Below, piece after piece: positions 25,081 through 35,879 of a DNA stretch of 64,000 nt. Below the pieces are notes generated by a model. It searched no databases. It was not told the DNA's origin and saw only the letters and a list, made by a program, of their open reading frames with translations. The stretch comes from Eukaryota sp. GEM-RC1. Lineage: Eukaryota. The stretch is taken from positions 310,001 through 374,000 of the forward strand of contig JAUFOQ010000006.1 of the NCBI GenBank assembly GCA_040285855.1, written 5' to 3'. A program made the position numbers and the translations under genes. The stretch's first letter is position 1. The number at the start of each line of letters is the position of its first letter.

Positions 25081-25516
25081 AATATTTTTTACATTTATGT
25101 CAAACTATCAAACGAACTGTCCAACTCCGACTAGAAGTGGCAATCCTTCCACGTGTACAGGATGTACAATACTTTAACTGAAAAGCATCTGAAGTACGAT
25201 GAACAAATGCATGTATATGTATTGATGATATCAAATAATCCCGGACTTTTCCATTTACGATTTGAATGTTTATTGCTGTAAAGAGCTAAACTACATAATA
25301 TTCGCATCACCGTTGAATTGATTGAACCCATTGGTTGTACCACAGACGGATATTCGTTTACAGACGATTGATGACTGGATAAAATGTTGTGCGAGAAAAT
25401 CTTTGTGAAGCGAGAAACTTTCAAATGAACCAATTCAAACCCAACTGGTTACAGTAGACATCCAGTCTGGTGTTTTGCAAACTTCTCGCCAACTTTATCT
25501 TCCAGAAATCTTTGAG

Positions 25517-26534
25517 ATGGCTAAAAGAGGGTCTACTGCAGCTAGAAAGCCAGCCACAAGGTCATCAAAGTCACAGCCCCCTAAAGGATCTGAACTGGAT
25601 CCACTACCTTCACCTTCGCCTTCTGTTCCTGTTTCGGTTCCATCAAAATCCCCATTACCACCTTCAATACCTCCTGATCTCCTTCAATGCATCTGCTGCT
25701 TTGACCTAATGACAAACCCATGTTCTCTTCCCTGTGGACACTCATACTGTCTCGTGTGTATCAAAAACTGGCTCAAAAACAAAAGCTCATGTCCTAATTG
25801 CCGGGAAAAGGTTACTCCTGCTGTTTCAAAGAGTCTCCGCCCCAACATTCTTCTTAAAGATATCATTGAACTTATACGCCCTACTTCCTCCTCCACCAAG
25901 CCACCCAAAAGACTCCCACAACCACCAGAAAACGAAGATCTAGTGAACTCAACGAAGCCTCTTCCTTGCCCTCAATACTTCCCTCTATACAACTCGAAGA
26001 AGAATTACCTAGAGGTATAATGATACCCGAACGAGTATTGCCTCCGCCTGCCCCACCACAGTATTCATTTATTACTGATCTTAAATCTGCTCATTTGCAT
26101 TCTGAGACTGGTGTTTCTTTACTTAAAACTAGTGGCACTAATTATAATCCATCAAATTTGATGTGCCAACAACCGCTTTTAAGTGGGCAGGTGTACACGT
26201 GGAAATTTACCTATACCGGCTCTCCACGTGATCTCTTTGTGGGAGTTATTCCAAGTTCGAAATTCAATGAAAATGATTTTTGTCTTTTCGATGCCTATGG
26301 AATCTTCAATCATGCTGACGAGATGGTTTCCGTTCAGGGGGCAAAACCTGCTTGGAGTAGTGGAACTACGTTGACCGTTACTGTTGATTTGTTTGATACT
26401 GAACAGAGCTCAGTGCATATAAGTAATAACATCGATATTCATGTTTTCGGAGATTTACCACCACTTCATAATGATTTCTATCGTCCTTTTTCAGTGTTTT
26501 TAATTGTAATCAGACGATCTCATTCATTGATTGA
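25517..26534 (+). CDS. RING (C3HC4) plus SPRY/B30.2-like E3 ubiquitin ligase
   Basis: CICCFDLMTNPCSLPCGHSYCLVCI...CPNCR; downstream GQVYTWKFTY...LFVGV...GTTLTVTVDL...YRPF. One frameshift near 25930-26020 and probably another at the T5 run near 26498. Confidence 0.8.
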
Positions 26535-26924
26535 TCCGATTAGAAAATTTTTGATCATTTCTTAGTTTTGATGTACATAGTTCTACATTAGTTCTGGTGT
26601 AGTTCAATTCTTTTGTTCTTTCGAGGAACATCAATTTGCTTCGGTTTTCTCTTTATCATTGCTCCAATTTTAGTCCATCTTTAGAATCTCCAGATTGAAA
26701 ATTTGTTTCTGCTACACTGCAGTACTATTTTGATTTTATTATAATCAAGAAAGTTAAAAGAAGAGCAGTATCATCAATTGAAGTTTATTTTGCTTATGTT
26801 TAAGCATTTGATTGATGGAAAAAGTGAATATTATACATAAATGTTAGTACAAAGACCAAAATAAATTCAGTATTTAAAAGATATTAAGTTATACAAATTA
26901 AACAACAATTACATTTTGAAATTA

Positions 26925-28289
26925 TCACGAATCCTTGTTGTTTAATAGAGTAAGAATTTCTTCCGTGAAAAATGCCATTGATACAATCTCTAGTCGTTCC
27001 TTAGACGGCATCTTGTCGAGATCAATCACATTTGATTGCTCTCCATCACGTATATTTGATAGAGTCTTTCTAAGAGCACTTTCTAAATCTGAAATTCCTT
27101 TTGCAGCTTTAACATGTTTTCTACGAATCCCCGAGAGAATTTTCTTTTTACTTTTTAATAAATCTGTTAGACGTACAGCCTGTTTTTCCACAGTAGTCAT
27201 GAACATTTCATTTCGTTTTTTTAATTTTCTAAAAGAATCTGGACCATTAACAGATCTTGAAGTCAGATTTTCCAATTGTTGAGTATTTAAACTTTGTAAC
27301 AACCGTGCAGACTGTCCTGAATTAACAGTTAAATTTTTAAATTCAGCTGACTCCTGAGCTCTACTCATCAACGAATCATACGACAGATCTAATTTAGGTA
27401 CTTTGAGTGAATGTGATGATCTGTTAGTTCGCGAAGTTTGAACCACTTCTGACAATAAACTCTGCAAATACTCATTCTCATGCTTTTCCCGAGTCAATTC
27501 TTCTATAACCACTGATCTTTTAATTTTTAATTCCTCTAAATCTCTAACTAGCTCAGAATTACGTAGAGCCAAATCTTCATTACACTGAAACAAATCTGTA
27601 AGCTGATCTTCAAGGAAACCTCCTTCACCTCTTGCCGTTTCTAGTACTTTTGAAAAATGTTCTAATTCTTCATTTGGGGGTCGATTGAGAACGCTATCGA
27701 GCTCTTTCTTTCCTGAATTGATTCGATGAGAATATGAACGTTTCAACACGTTAACCTCATCATTAACTGCCATTTTAATTGCGGATTCTAAACACTCAGC
27801 CGTAGAATGAATACGTGTAACAAGCTCACGATGACGATCCATCTTGTTGAGTTTAGAAGAAGAAGACATTGGACGGGATACTTTGTCTAGTTTATGTTGT
27901 AGAAAGGTTAGTTGTTCACGGGAGGAGTCTAAGCGTCGTGAGTAAGATTGGTCTTTCTTAGAGAGATCGTCTTCAAGTTGGCTTATTTCTTCACAGAGTT
28001 TGTTGTTTTCTTTTTGTAAACGTTCTGCTTCTTTCCATGCTTTTAGAACGGCTCCTCTGGTAGAGCGAGAATTGGAACGGGAATTAGAACGAGCTGTGAG
28101 AGCAGCAAATGTAGAAGCAGCTGCACTGGGTTGTCGATGAAGTTTTGGGGGAAGATCTGGGAGTGAAGATGAGGTAGAACTAGAAGTTTGCTGTTGTTGC
28201 AGATAGTGTTCTCTAATCTGAGAAATACGAGGTCTGGGTCTTTCTGTCTTAGCTAATTTCTCCAAAGAGGAGAAAGAGGATGATGTCAT
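26925..28289 (-). CDS. Coiled-coil protein of unknown function (454 aa)
   Basis: Long intact ORF with a Ser-rich N-terminus and heptad-rich E/K/L/R segments. Confidence 0.8.
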   Translation of the reverse strand: MTSSSFSSLEKLAKTERPRPRISQIREHYLQQQQTSSSTSSSLPDLPPKLHRQPSAAASTFAALTARSNSRSNSRSTRGAVLKAWKEAERLQKENNKLCEEISQLEDDLSKKDQSYSRRLDSSREQLTFLQHKLDKVSRPMSSSSKLNKMDRHRELVTRIHSTAECLESAIKMAVNDEVNVLKRSYSHRINSGKKELDSVLNRPPNEELEHFSKVLETARGEGGFLEDQLTDLFQCNEDLALRNSELVRDLEELKIKRSVVIEELTREKHENEYLQSLLSEVVQTSRTNRSSHSLKVPKLDLSYDSLMSRAQESAEFKNLTVNSGQSARLLQSLNTQQLENLTSRSVNGPDSFRKLKKRNEMFMTTVEKQAVRLTDLLKSKKKILSGIRRKHVKAAKGISDLESALRKTLSNIRDGEQSNVIDLDKMPSKERLEIVSMAFFTEEILTLLNNKDS

Positions 28290-28589
28290 ATAACTGATTA
28301 TTGAGATCTAACAAAAAAATTGCAATGAAAACCTGTAGACTACTATTATTCGGATTATAGTCTCACTGACAAAATTTAAAGGTCAATTTTAGAATTAGTC
28401 TCACTGAGACTAAATTGCTGATGAGACTAATTAGACAAACCAGTGTAGTACTTCATGTTGGAGTAAAGACTTAAAACAGAATGGGCACTCCGGATTCGCC
28501 AAGTCGAGTTGAATACGCTGAGTCTGTACTCTGTGTGACGCCTTTATTTTGGGTTTTTGCTACGTATTTTAGATGAATATAAAGAGTGT

Positions 28590-29640
28590 ATTTGCAACAA
28601 TAAATTAATACATACTAATTCAGAAAATGAAAGAAGTTAAATTCTCCACATCAACACGAGAATTGTCCCTATACAACTTCGAATAAACGGAACATAAATA
28701 CTTGGGAATGCTTCTATAAAGAGCGAACATAATTCGATTAATCCATACAGCACAATTAAACACCTTGCCATTAGAACGACATAAAAGACTAAAATCACTG
28801 AAAAACTTTAAACCGGCTGGACCAATATTACCAAAAATTGAAATGGCAAATGGAACAAGTGAAAACTTTGAATATAGATTTTCATTAAGCTTCTGCAAAG
28901 CATCCGCATAATTTGAACACTTTCGTTGTTCACCCTTTTCCAGATGATCATTCGAATCATTCAATATGGAGTCTTGGTAGACTTTTGCAAACGGGTCAAC
29001 TGTAGTAAAATCAACCACAACTTGAGATGAATCCAGGAAAGGAGCAATTAAGTCACCACGCCGAGAATCAAACACGTTATTGTCACTATAATGTTTCAGA
29101 AGAGGTTCAATTTTACAACTATAATTGTAGGATTTGAACATTTCATAAGTAACGTCACGAACAGCGTTATGTAGAACAGATCGAAATTACAAAAATTTCT
29201 TGCAACTAACAACATGACGAAATGTGGCTGTAGCTTGGTTATCGCAAACACAGATTGAATTATTTAGCAAACCACTAGGGAATAAACCTAAACGAAGACG
29301 CATATTTTGCTTCCAAGCATCATTGTTCAAATGTAAACCAAAAGATCTAGGTTGTTGAGTGATGAAGCTAGAACATTGTTGAATGTCACATAAAAAAGCT
29401 GCAAAGACGGGATTATCAATCTTAGTCACACTAAGTCTTTTACTAAAATCCACGTCTTCCAACCCAAGTAATGTAGCATTCTGTAACTTAACTACAGCAA
29501 GAGGTAGAAATTCAATTGACCGATCAGGAATAGATGAAACACTTTTCGGGAAACTTTTGTTCCAAACTTCAATAGGCAGACCGTGAACTAAGTCCTCCAA
29601 AGAGTTCAGTAAAGCGTAAGAGCCGTCTACAAAAATGAAT
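28590..29640 (-). mobile_element. 5'-truncated CRE-like non-LTR retrotransposon (subfamily B): zinc knuckle plus RLE
   Basis: MRLRLG...CVCDNQATATFRHVVSC...LHNAVRD...IEP...RRGDLIAP...VVVDFTTVDP...E.RK..Y...LVPFAISIFGNIG. One in-frame TAA at 29187 where the 32675 copy has CAG. Confidence 0.85.
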
Positions 29641-30165
29641 GAGAAAATAAGATGTCATGCTTTAGATGAATGATAATATAAGATGTCATGCTGACCATGA
29701 CAGATTGCCAAACCAGAATCAACGTATGAGAGCTCTTGGATCTCTTAAGGTGTGATTTGGCTTCTATATCTTTTTTATGTTTTCATTAAGTATTTATAAG
29801 ACATCGCAAGAACTGTGAATGCACACCAATAACAAAATTTTTGGAAACAAAGGGTGTTATTTTCTTACTAAATGAATGTATGTATGTACTAGGATTCAAT
29901 TATCGATAGCTGTACTACATGTGCGTGTATTAGCACATGGAATAACCAGTAGATATTTGGACGACTGCAAATTATGGTACATTATATAAATTGAGTAAAA
30001 ACGACGCGACGCGGAATCGAACCATGGTTCGACCAAATCAGAATTTTGGCAATGAAATTGATGTGAGGGACATTATTGGTCAACCATGAATGTGTGAGTC
30101 GGATTCTGAAGATGAGCAAATCGATATTCAATATCAGACCAAAATCTATCACTCAGTGTAACTAA

Positions 30166-31781
30166 ATGCAATCTGCTCAAAATGGCGCTTATCTCGGTCC
30201 TGATGATCCCAGGATTCAGGGATGGAAAAAGAATAGGTATCTTATTCTTGTATGCGGGTTCATCTTGCAGATCAACATAGGAACTTTGTATGGCTTCTCT
30301 ATCTTCACGGCCCCTTTGCAAGAAATGTATACACACTGGCGTGGAATCCCTAGTTTGGCTTACAGTGTTGGTGTGGCAGGTCTCGGGTTTCTGTGCCCTT
30401 TCACCGGTAGATTGGTTGACCAAAAAGGCCCTCGATTCACTGGATTCTGTAGTGCATTTTTCTATGCATTAGGCCACGTTTTGGCTGGAGTAGCCGTATT
30501 TGCTGATCTGAAACACTTGTTTTGGATTTCCTATGGAGTGATCGGTGGAATGGGATTCTCTCTCGGATATGTAACTCCTGTTAGCAGCACTGTACAATGG
30601 TTCCCTGATCTCAAAGGATTTGCTGGAGGAGTTGCTCTGTCTGGATTTGGTCTCGGTGCTAGTCTTAATGGCCTTGTCAACACTCGTATTCTCAACGCCA
30701 CAGGTCCAGCTGAGACTCTAATTATAATGGGATTGTATGGAGGTATCTGTACTTTCCTCACATCCCTCTTCGTCTGCAAACCTCCGCCTGGATACTATCC
30801 TAAGAATGCCTCTGAAAAAGTAAAGAAAGCAATCTCCTCTGAGCGAAGCATAACTTCTGGTCAAGCTTTGAGAACCTTCTTATACTGGCGTCTTTGGTTT
30901 ACCATCCTTGGTACTACCTTCACTGGTGTATCAATCATCTCATTGCTTTCTCCAATGATGCAGGACGTCTTTGATATAACTGACCTTCAAGCTGGATCCT
31001 ATATCGCTCTGTTCAGTGTCATCAACATGCTTGGACGACTTCTCTATCCAATCTTCTCAGATGCTCTTGCTGCAATGAACTTATCCAGAAAGTGGCTCTT
31101 TGTTTGGATTTTGGGGTCTCAGTTCGTTGTAACTGCTCTAATGACACCAATCATGAGTCAGCAGTTGCTTCCATTGTTTGTCGTCTTTACGATGTTGATC
31201 ATTAGCGGTATGTCCGGGTCTGCAGGATCGTTACCAAGTATAATATCTGAAATGTTTGGGGGTAAGGCTTTGGCATCTTTGCACGGTATGATTAAGGCGA
31301 GTGACTAACTACAGGTATGACGATTGCTGCGTGGGCGACGGCCGGTATTATTGGAAGTCAATTGCTGGCTGCGATTCAGACTCATGGACAGGACACTGGT
31401 GTGGAAGTTCACCTTATCTATGTGCCGTTCTTTGTGTTTATTCCAATCTTGCTGGGGGTGTGTTTAGTAGTTGCTTTGACGTTAAGACCTTACAGGTTTG
31501 ATGATGAGAGTGTTTTACCTACATCTACTGAAAGGAAATCCGAGGAGATGCAGAGCAATGTAAGTAAGCCAGTCTCTGGTGATGAAGAAGCTGTGGAAGA
31601 AGAAGTCGGTGATACTGTAGAGGAAGAAGAAGGTGAGAACATTATTCTTGATGATGATGACGTGAATATGCATTTGGCTCATTCTAAAGACTCTTTAAGT
31701 CCGCATGAAATTGGTGAAGAAACAGATTCCACTGATTCAATAAGTAGTTCAGATGATGCTCATGGGGATGAAACAAACTAG
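30166..31781 (+). CDS. MFS transporter, oxalate:formate antiporter (OFA/MCT-like) family, acidic C-tail; one intron 31286-31314
   Basis: GRLVDQKGPR, QWFPDLKGFAGG, GFGLGA, NMLGRL motifs. Removing GTATGA...CTAACTACAG gives LHG|MTIAAW in frame. Confidence 0.92.
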
Positions 31782-31799
31782 TAATGTACAAGCGATATT

Positions 31800-32250
31800 G
31801 TAATATATAAAACAGTTTTAAAGTCTTGATTCAAAAAAAGAAGAATACCCAGTTTCTTTAGTTCAATATGAAATACAATACTTTGATCAGGAACTTTCTG
31901 ATCTCTTAACATATATAGCTTTTAATGACGACTTAAAGACAAAATTTTTGTTCATTTCTGTTTTATACAACTTTCAAAACGAAAACAAGGAGCAACCCAA
32001 TCCAAGACGATCAGAAATTGAAAGCGCGAAATGACATAATTTGTACTCGACATGCTCTGTATAATTTAGTGCTGTCACGTTCTTTTTGTTCAACTATTCT
32101 AAGAAGTCAAGGAAAAACTTCTTTAAATGTGCTTTTTTGTAAAAAGACTGTAATATCCTCAACGACGGCCGTCAGTTCGTCATTGAATGATGTACTTGTA
32201 TGTACTTGTATGTATTGAATGACACCTGCTCTGTTTTATCCAGAGGCTTT
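31800..32250 (-). mobile_element. Degenerate subfamily A retrotransposon fragment
   Basis: Minus strand encodes EHVEYKLCHFALSISDRLG, matching KHVEYDLCPFAVSIYGRLG. Confidence 0.6.
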
Positions 32251-32674
32251 TCCGGAGCCAATTTTGGAAATATTCACCTCAAACATTTTGGATAAATAAG
32301 GATCATCTGAATCTTGAATTTCGAGATTTATTCTCAAACTCGGAATAAATTATACACTCATAAACCCCATCGTGGAAACGACCAAATAGTATAGATGAAT
32401 TGGAACAAAAATTGTTAGTAAAATGAATAATCACTTTTATTGTTTCATTAATTTATGTCATCTGTTATCATCAAGACTGTCAATACACGAAAAAATCTAG
32501 GTTCTAAAGTATGCATTGTAGATGTATGGTGAGACACTTTTTAATCAAAATTGAAATGGTGAATTCACTTCAATTACTATTATTATTGTGTCTGAAGTTA
32601 ATAACGAATGATACACAAGAATTTCAGGAAGTAAATTAACAAATATATTACAATATATATTTCATCGTTTATTA

Positions 32675-33530
32675 CTCAACAGCCTAGACCTTATGGTCTT
32701 CATCTCAATAATGAGGCTTGGAAACTTAACATGCGTCTTCGCTTAGGTCTGTTTCCATCTGAATTGTTAGCTAATACTATGTGTTGTTGTGAAAAGAGAC
32801 CAAAAGCTGACTTCAGACACATTGTTAGTTGCAAAAAAATTTCTTCAGTTTAGATCGATTTTACACAATGCTGTTCGTGACGTTACGTATGAAATGTTTA
32901 AATGTCATGGATTCAATGGGAAAATCGAACCTCTTCTTAAGCATTATAGTGATGATAATACTGTATTACCAATTCTAGACGAGGTGATCTCATTGTTCCA
33001 TATCTTGATTCTTGTCAAGCAGTGATAGACTTTACTACTGTTGATCCATGTGCAAAAGTATCTTTGAATTCAGTTTCGAGTGACACTGAAAATCATTTAT
33101 CCAAAGTTGAAAAAGAAAGATTGATACATACAGTCTTCCCTCGGTTTACTGCCAGTCCAAACGGTGGCACTAAACCGAGGGAAGACTGTATCATGACACA
33201 ATGATCAAACTGAATTCCAATTTGTATTCTTCTTTTAAGTTCATTCCTTTTGCTAATCCAATTCTTGGTAATATTGGAATTGCTGCTGAAAATTTCTTTG
33301 ATGCCTTTTCAAAGTTGTGCCGTGACCATAGGAATAATTTTAATCAGTCTCTTTGGCGCAATAGCATTGTTTTTTTCTTATATAGAAGTTTCCCAAAGTA
33401 TTTGAATCGCATTCTGGACAAATTGTATCGTGCTAGTTCAAGAGTAGATGTGGATCATTTGATATCTTTTAAGTACTAGTTGTTTGTATTACGATAATTT
33501 ATAACACAAAACCTTTAATATAAAAAAAAC
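32675..33530 (+). mobile_element. 5'-truncated CRE-like retrotransposon (subfamily B), interrupted by a MITE
   Basis: Colinear with 28590-29360 (HLNNEAWKLNMRLRLG, LHNAVRDVTYEMFK, DFTTVDP); ends TAATATAAAAAAAA. Confidence 0.85.
33131..33188. mobile_element. 58-bp Tc1/mariner (pogo/Tigger-like) MITE
   Basis: TA|CAGTCTTCCCTCGGTTTACTGCCA-10 nt-TGGCACTAAACCGAGGGAAGACTG|TA: 24-bp TIRs with 1 mismatch and TA duplication. Excising it restores the host reading IDTYHDTMIKLN. Confidence 0.92.
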
Positions 33531-33839
33531 TATTACAAAGAAAACAACTAAATTTGTTGTCATCCTCTGCATCCCAGTATACTGTTAATTCTTATTTTAG
33601 GCGTAATTATACAACACCATACGCGGATGATGTTGACACCTATCAATGGTACATCCACAACATTCCCAATCAATAAGCTCCCCTTCTACTTCCCTTCCCG
33701 ACGAAGAAAATCAAACACTGTAAAGATATGTAATCAGATCAAATTCAAGAACATGTATAAACCTACGTGAAAAAGTTAGTTCCTTTCCACACTAGGTATC
33801 AATTACCAAAAATAACTGTTTAAATCATAATCACTCTAA

Positions 33840-35048
33840 TCATAGGTCATTATAATCATTATCACAAAACGTCTCCTGACTCGCCACGACTATCCTCAAA
33901 GAAAGCACATCACTTTTAAGATACTGACACATAGAATCGTACTTTGAGAAACATTCCCAGCCCCGATAAAGAGAATAAATTTGATCAGTTTTTTTAAAAT
34001 GATGACCATCACTTTCATAACCACATAATCTTGTTCCTGATTGAGGGTCAATCACTTTGATTTTAAAGCGAGCATTCCGAAACCAAGATTCTTCAGGTTC
34101 AAGACATCTATCAGGGTCTAATCCATCACTTCTTTCTGCGTGTAGATAAACACTGGTGTACTGAGGATTTTTGGGATTTTTAGGGAATAACAATACTCGC
34201 CATCTTCTGCCTCTTACGTCTTCAAAGGGAGGTGACTCAATGTGCTCGGTAGAGACAGTGGAGAAGAAGGGAATGGTCCAATTCAAACGAGCACAACAAG
34301 AGTAACGAGGTTTAGCATAATATAAAGTTGGAAGACGAGGAAGTTGACGTTTGAGTATTAGTGGATCAAAGAACTCAGAGGGTAAGAAAGGATAAGAATT
34401 GGGAAACGAAAAGAGTTCGTCATTAGAGATCTGACACCATCGAACTAAAGAGAATAAATACTTAATTGAGGAGGTTGTGAGGCTGTTGTGTTGGCAAAAC
34501 TGAGCAATGACATGGGCTACTTGTAACTCATTCCTGGCGTATAGAACATCACGATCTATTAAGCGAGTCAGTTGTTGGAGAGATAGAAAATTGAACACAT
34601 GTGGATCTTCATCCACATGGGAGCCAAATGCTTCTCCTAGCATAGAAATACATCGGGTTTCAACATTGCTTAAATTGAACTTGGTTGCTACTTGAAGATA
34701 CGGAATGGCTACTTCACATGAAACTGATCGTGCCATGAAGTCTGAACAAATATGAGTTAAGGTTGCTATTTGAAAGTGACTACTGGCAAGTAAAACAGCG
34801 AAGACACTTTTGGCAGAAAGATCAATGTCATGTGTGTAGAGAAACTATAGTACATCAGGAAATATGCCATGTTCATCATGCCAGCTGAGGTGGACATCGT
34901 TTTGGGTTGAATCTCGCCAAGGTTCTTGAAAGAGGACACGGAAGAAGTCTGAATAGTTGGCTAAAATAATTCTATGGACGTTGTATCTTTCATTGTCAAC
35001 GACAACTGTTACATCACTGAACTCTCCAGACTGTAGAAACGTGTCCAT
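33840..35048 (-). CDS. BTB-BACK-MATH protein (cullin-3 adaptor-like) with one in-frame TAG at 34845-34847
   Basis: FSDVTVVV..YNVHRIILA..SDFFRVLF...FPDVL*FLYTHDIDLS...FQIATLTHICSDFM (BTB); BACK-like helices; WTIPFFS...SPPF...WRVLLFPK...SVYL...GWECF (MATH). Both ORFs are in the same frame. Confidence 0.85.
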
Positions 35049-35879
35049 TATACATGTCTCGTGTAACATAAAGATGAAGTGAGAATATCTGTTAAACACC
35101 AATTTTTAAATTTCCCGATATTCATGTATTTTCAATTCTGCAGCTCTACACCACAACAATATGCACGTTTCACAGGGACAACCTGTCAGGAGTGTTGCCA
35201 CCAATGTCGTTTCGCACAATGACATATTGAAATATACCCAGTTTAGCAGAGCAACAACCAAATCATGTGAGTTATAAATTGGATTAAAGTAATAAATAAT
35301 GTACTCAGCATTGCTGAGTCAGCAACATTATTATTAGTTCCAGTAGATTGCAAGTTGGTGCAGTATTGCAATTTGCAAATACACTTGGGCCTGTATTTTA
35401 ATGCAATACATTATTGACAGTCCCTGGGTCCATGTCGAAAGTGTACTCTCTTAACGGAAGAGAACGAAGTCGTTTGGACTTAGTAAGGGTATTTTTGACT
35501 TGTTTTGACAAATTCAAATTTTTGTGGCAATGATACCAATTGATCACCGAATAAACAATGTCAGTTTGTTATCATACCATCCCTGGTCAAGTCTGTTATG
35601 GTGCAATTTGACACAACATGAAAGCACTGCTCAATCCAACTGTCATATAATATGTCAATTAATGTCTTTACAAGAGTAAAACCATCGTAAAAACAATAGA
35701 GAGTCGCCTTACAAATATGTACAAAGTACTGTACATACTACGTACTTTGATATATTCTTCTATATCTGGTGTTCTAGGCAACTGTCAGCTATGGTTGATG
35801 CATTCACGATGCAACTGACAACATAAGATGCCAGGATCAACAGTTGGAAACGTTGGTCCTTCCATTTTTGACATGTGAC

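Noticed and set aside
28480..28560. GC-richer segment possibly an HDV-like ribozyme or snRNA
   Set aside because: GGCGAAT is present on the minus strand, but no P1/P2/P3 pairing could be built.
29187..29189. TAA/TAG reassigned to Gln (TAA aligned to CAG in a paralogue)
   Set aside because: This is in a decaying retroelement. Conserved genes end in TAA (Mo25, Sds22, RPL30, NC2-beta) and long ORFs have no internal TAR codons.
35173..35426. CAGGGAC...GTCCCTG hAT-like MITE with internal hairpins
   Set aside because: The TIR match is short and gapped, and there is no 8-bp TSD.
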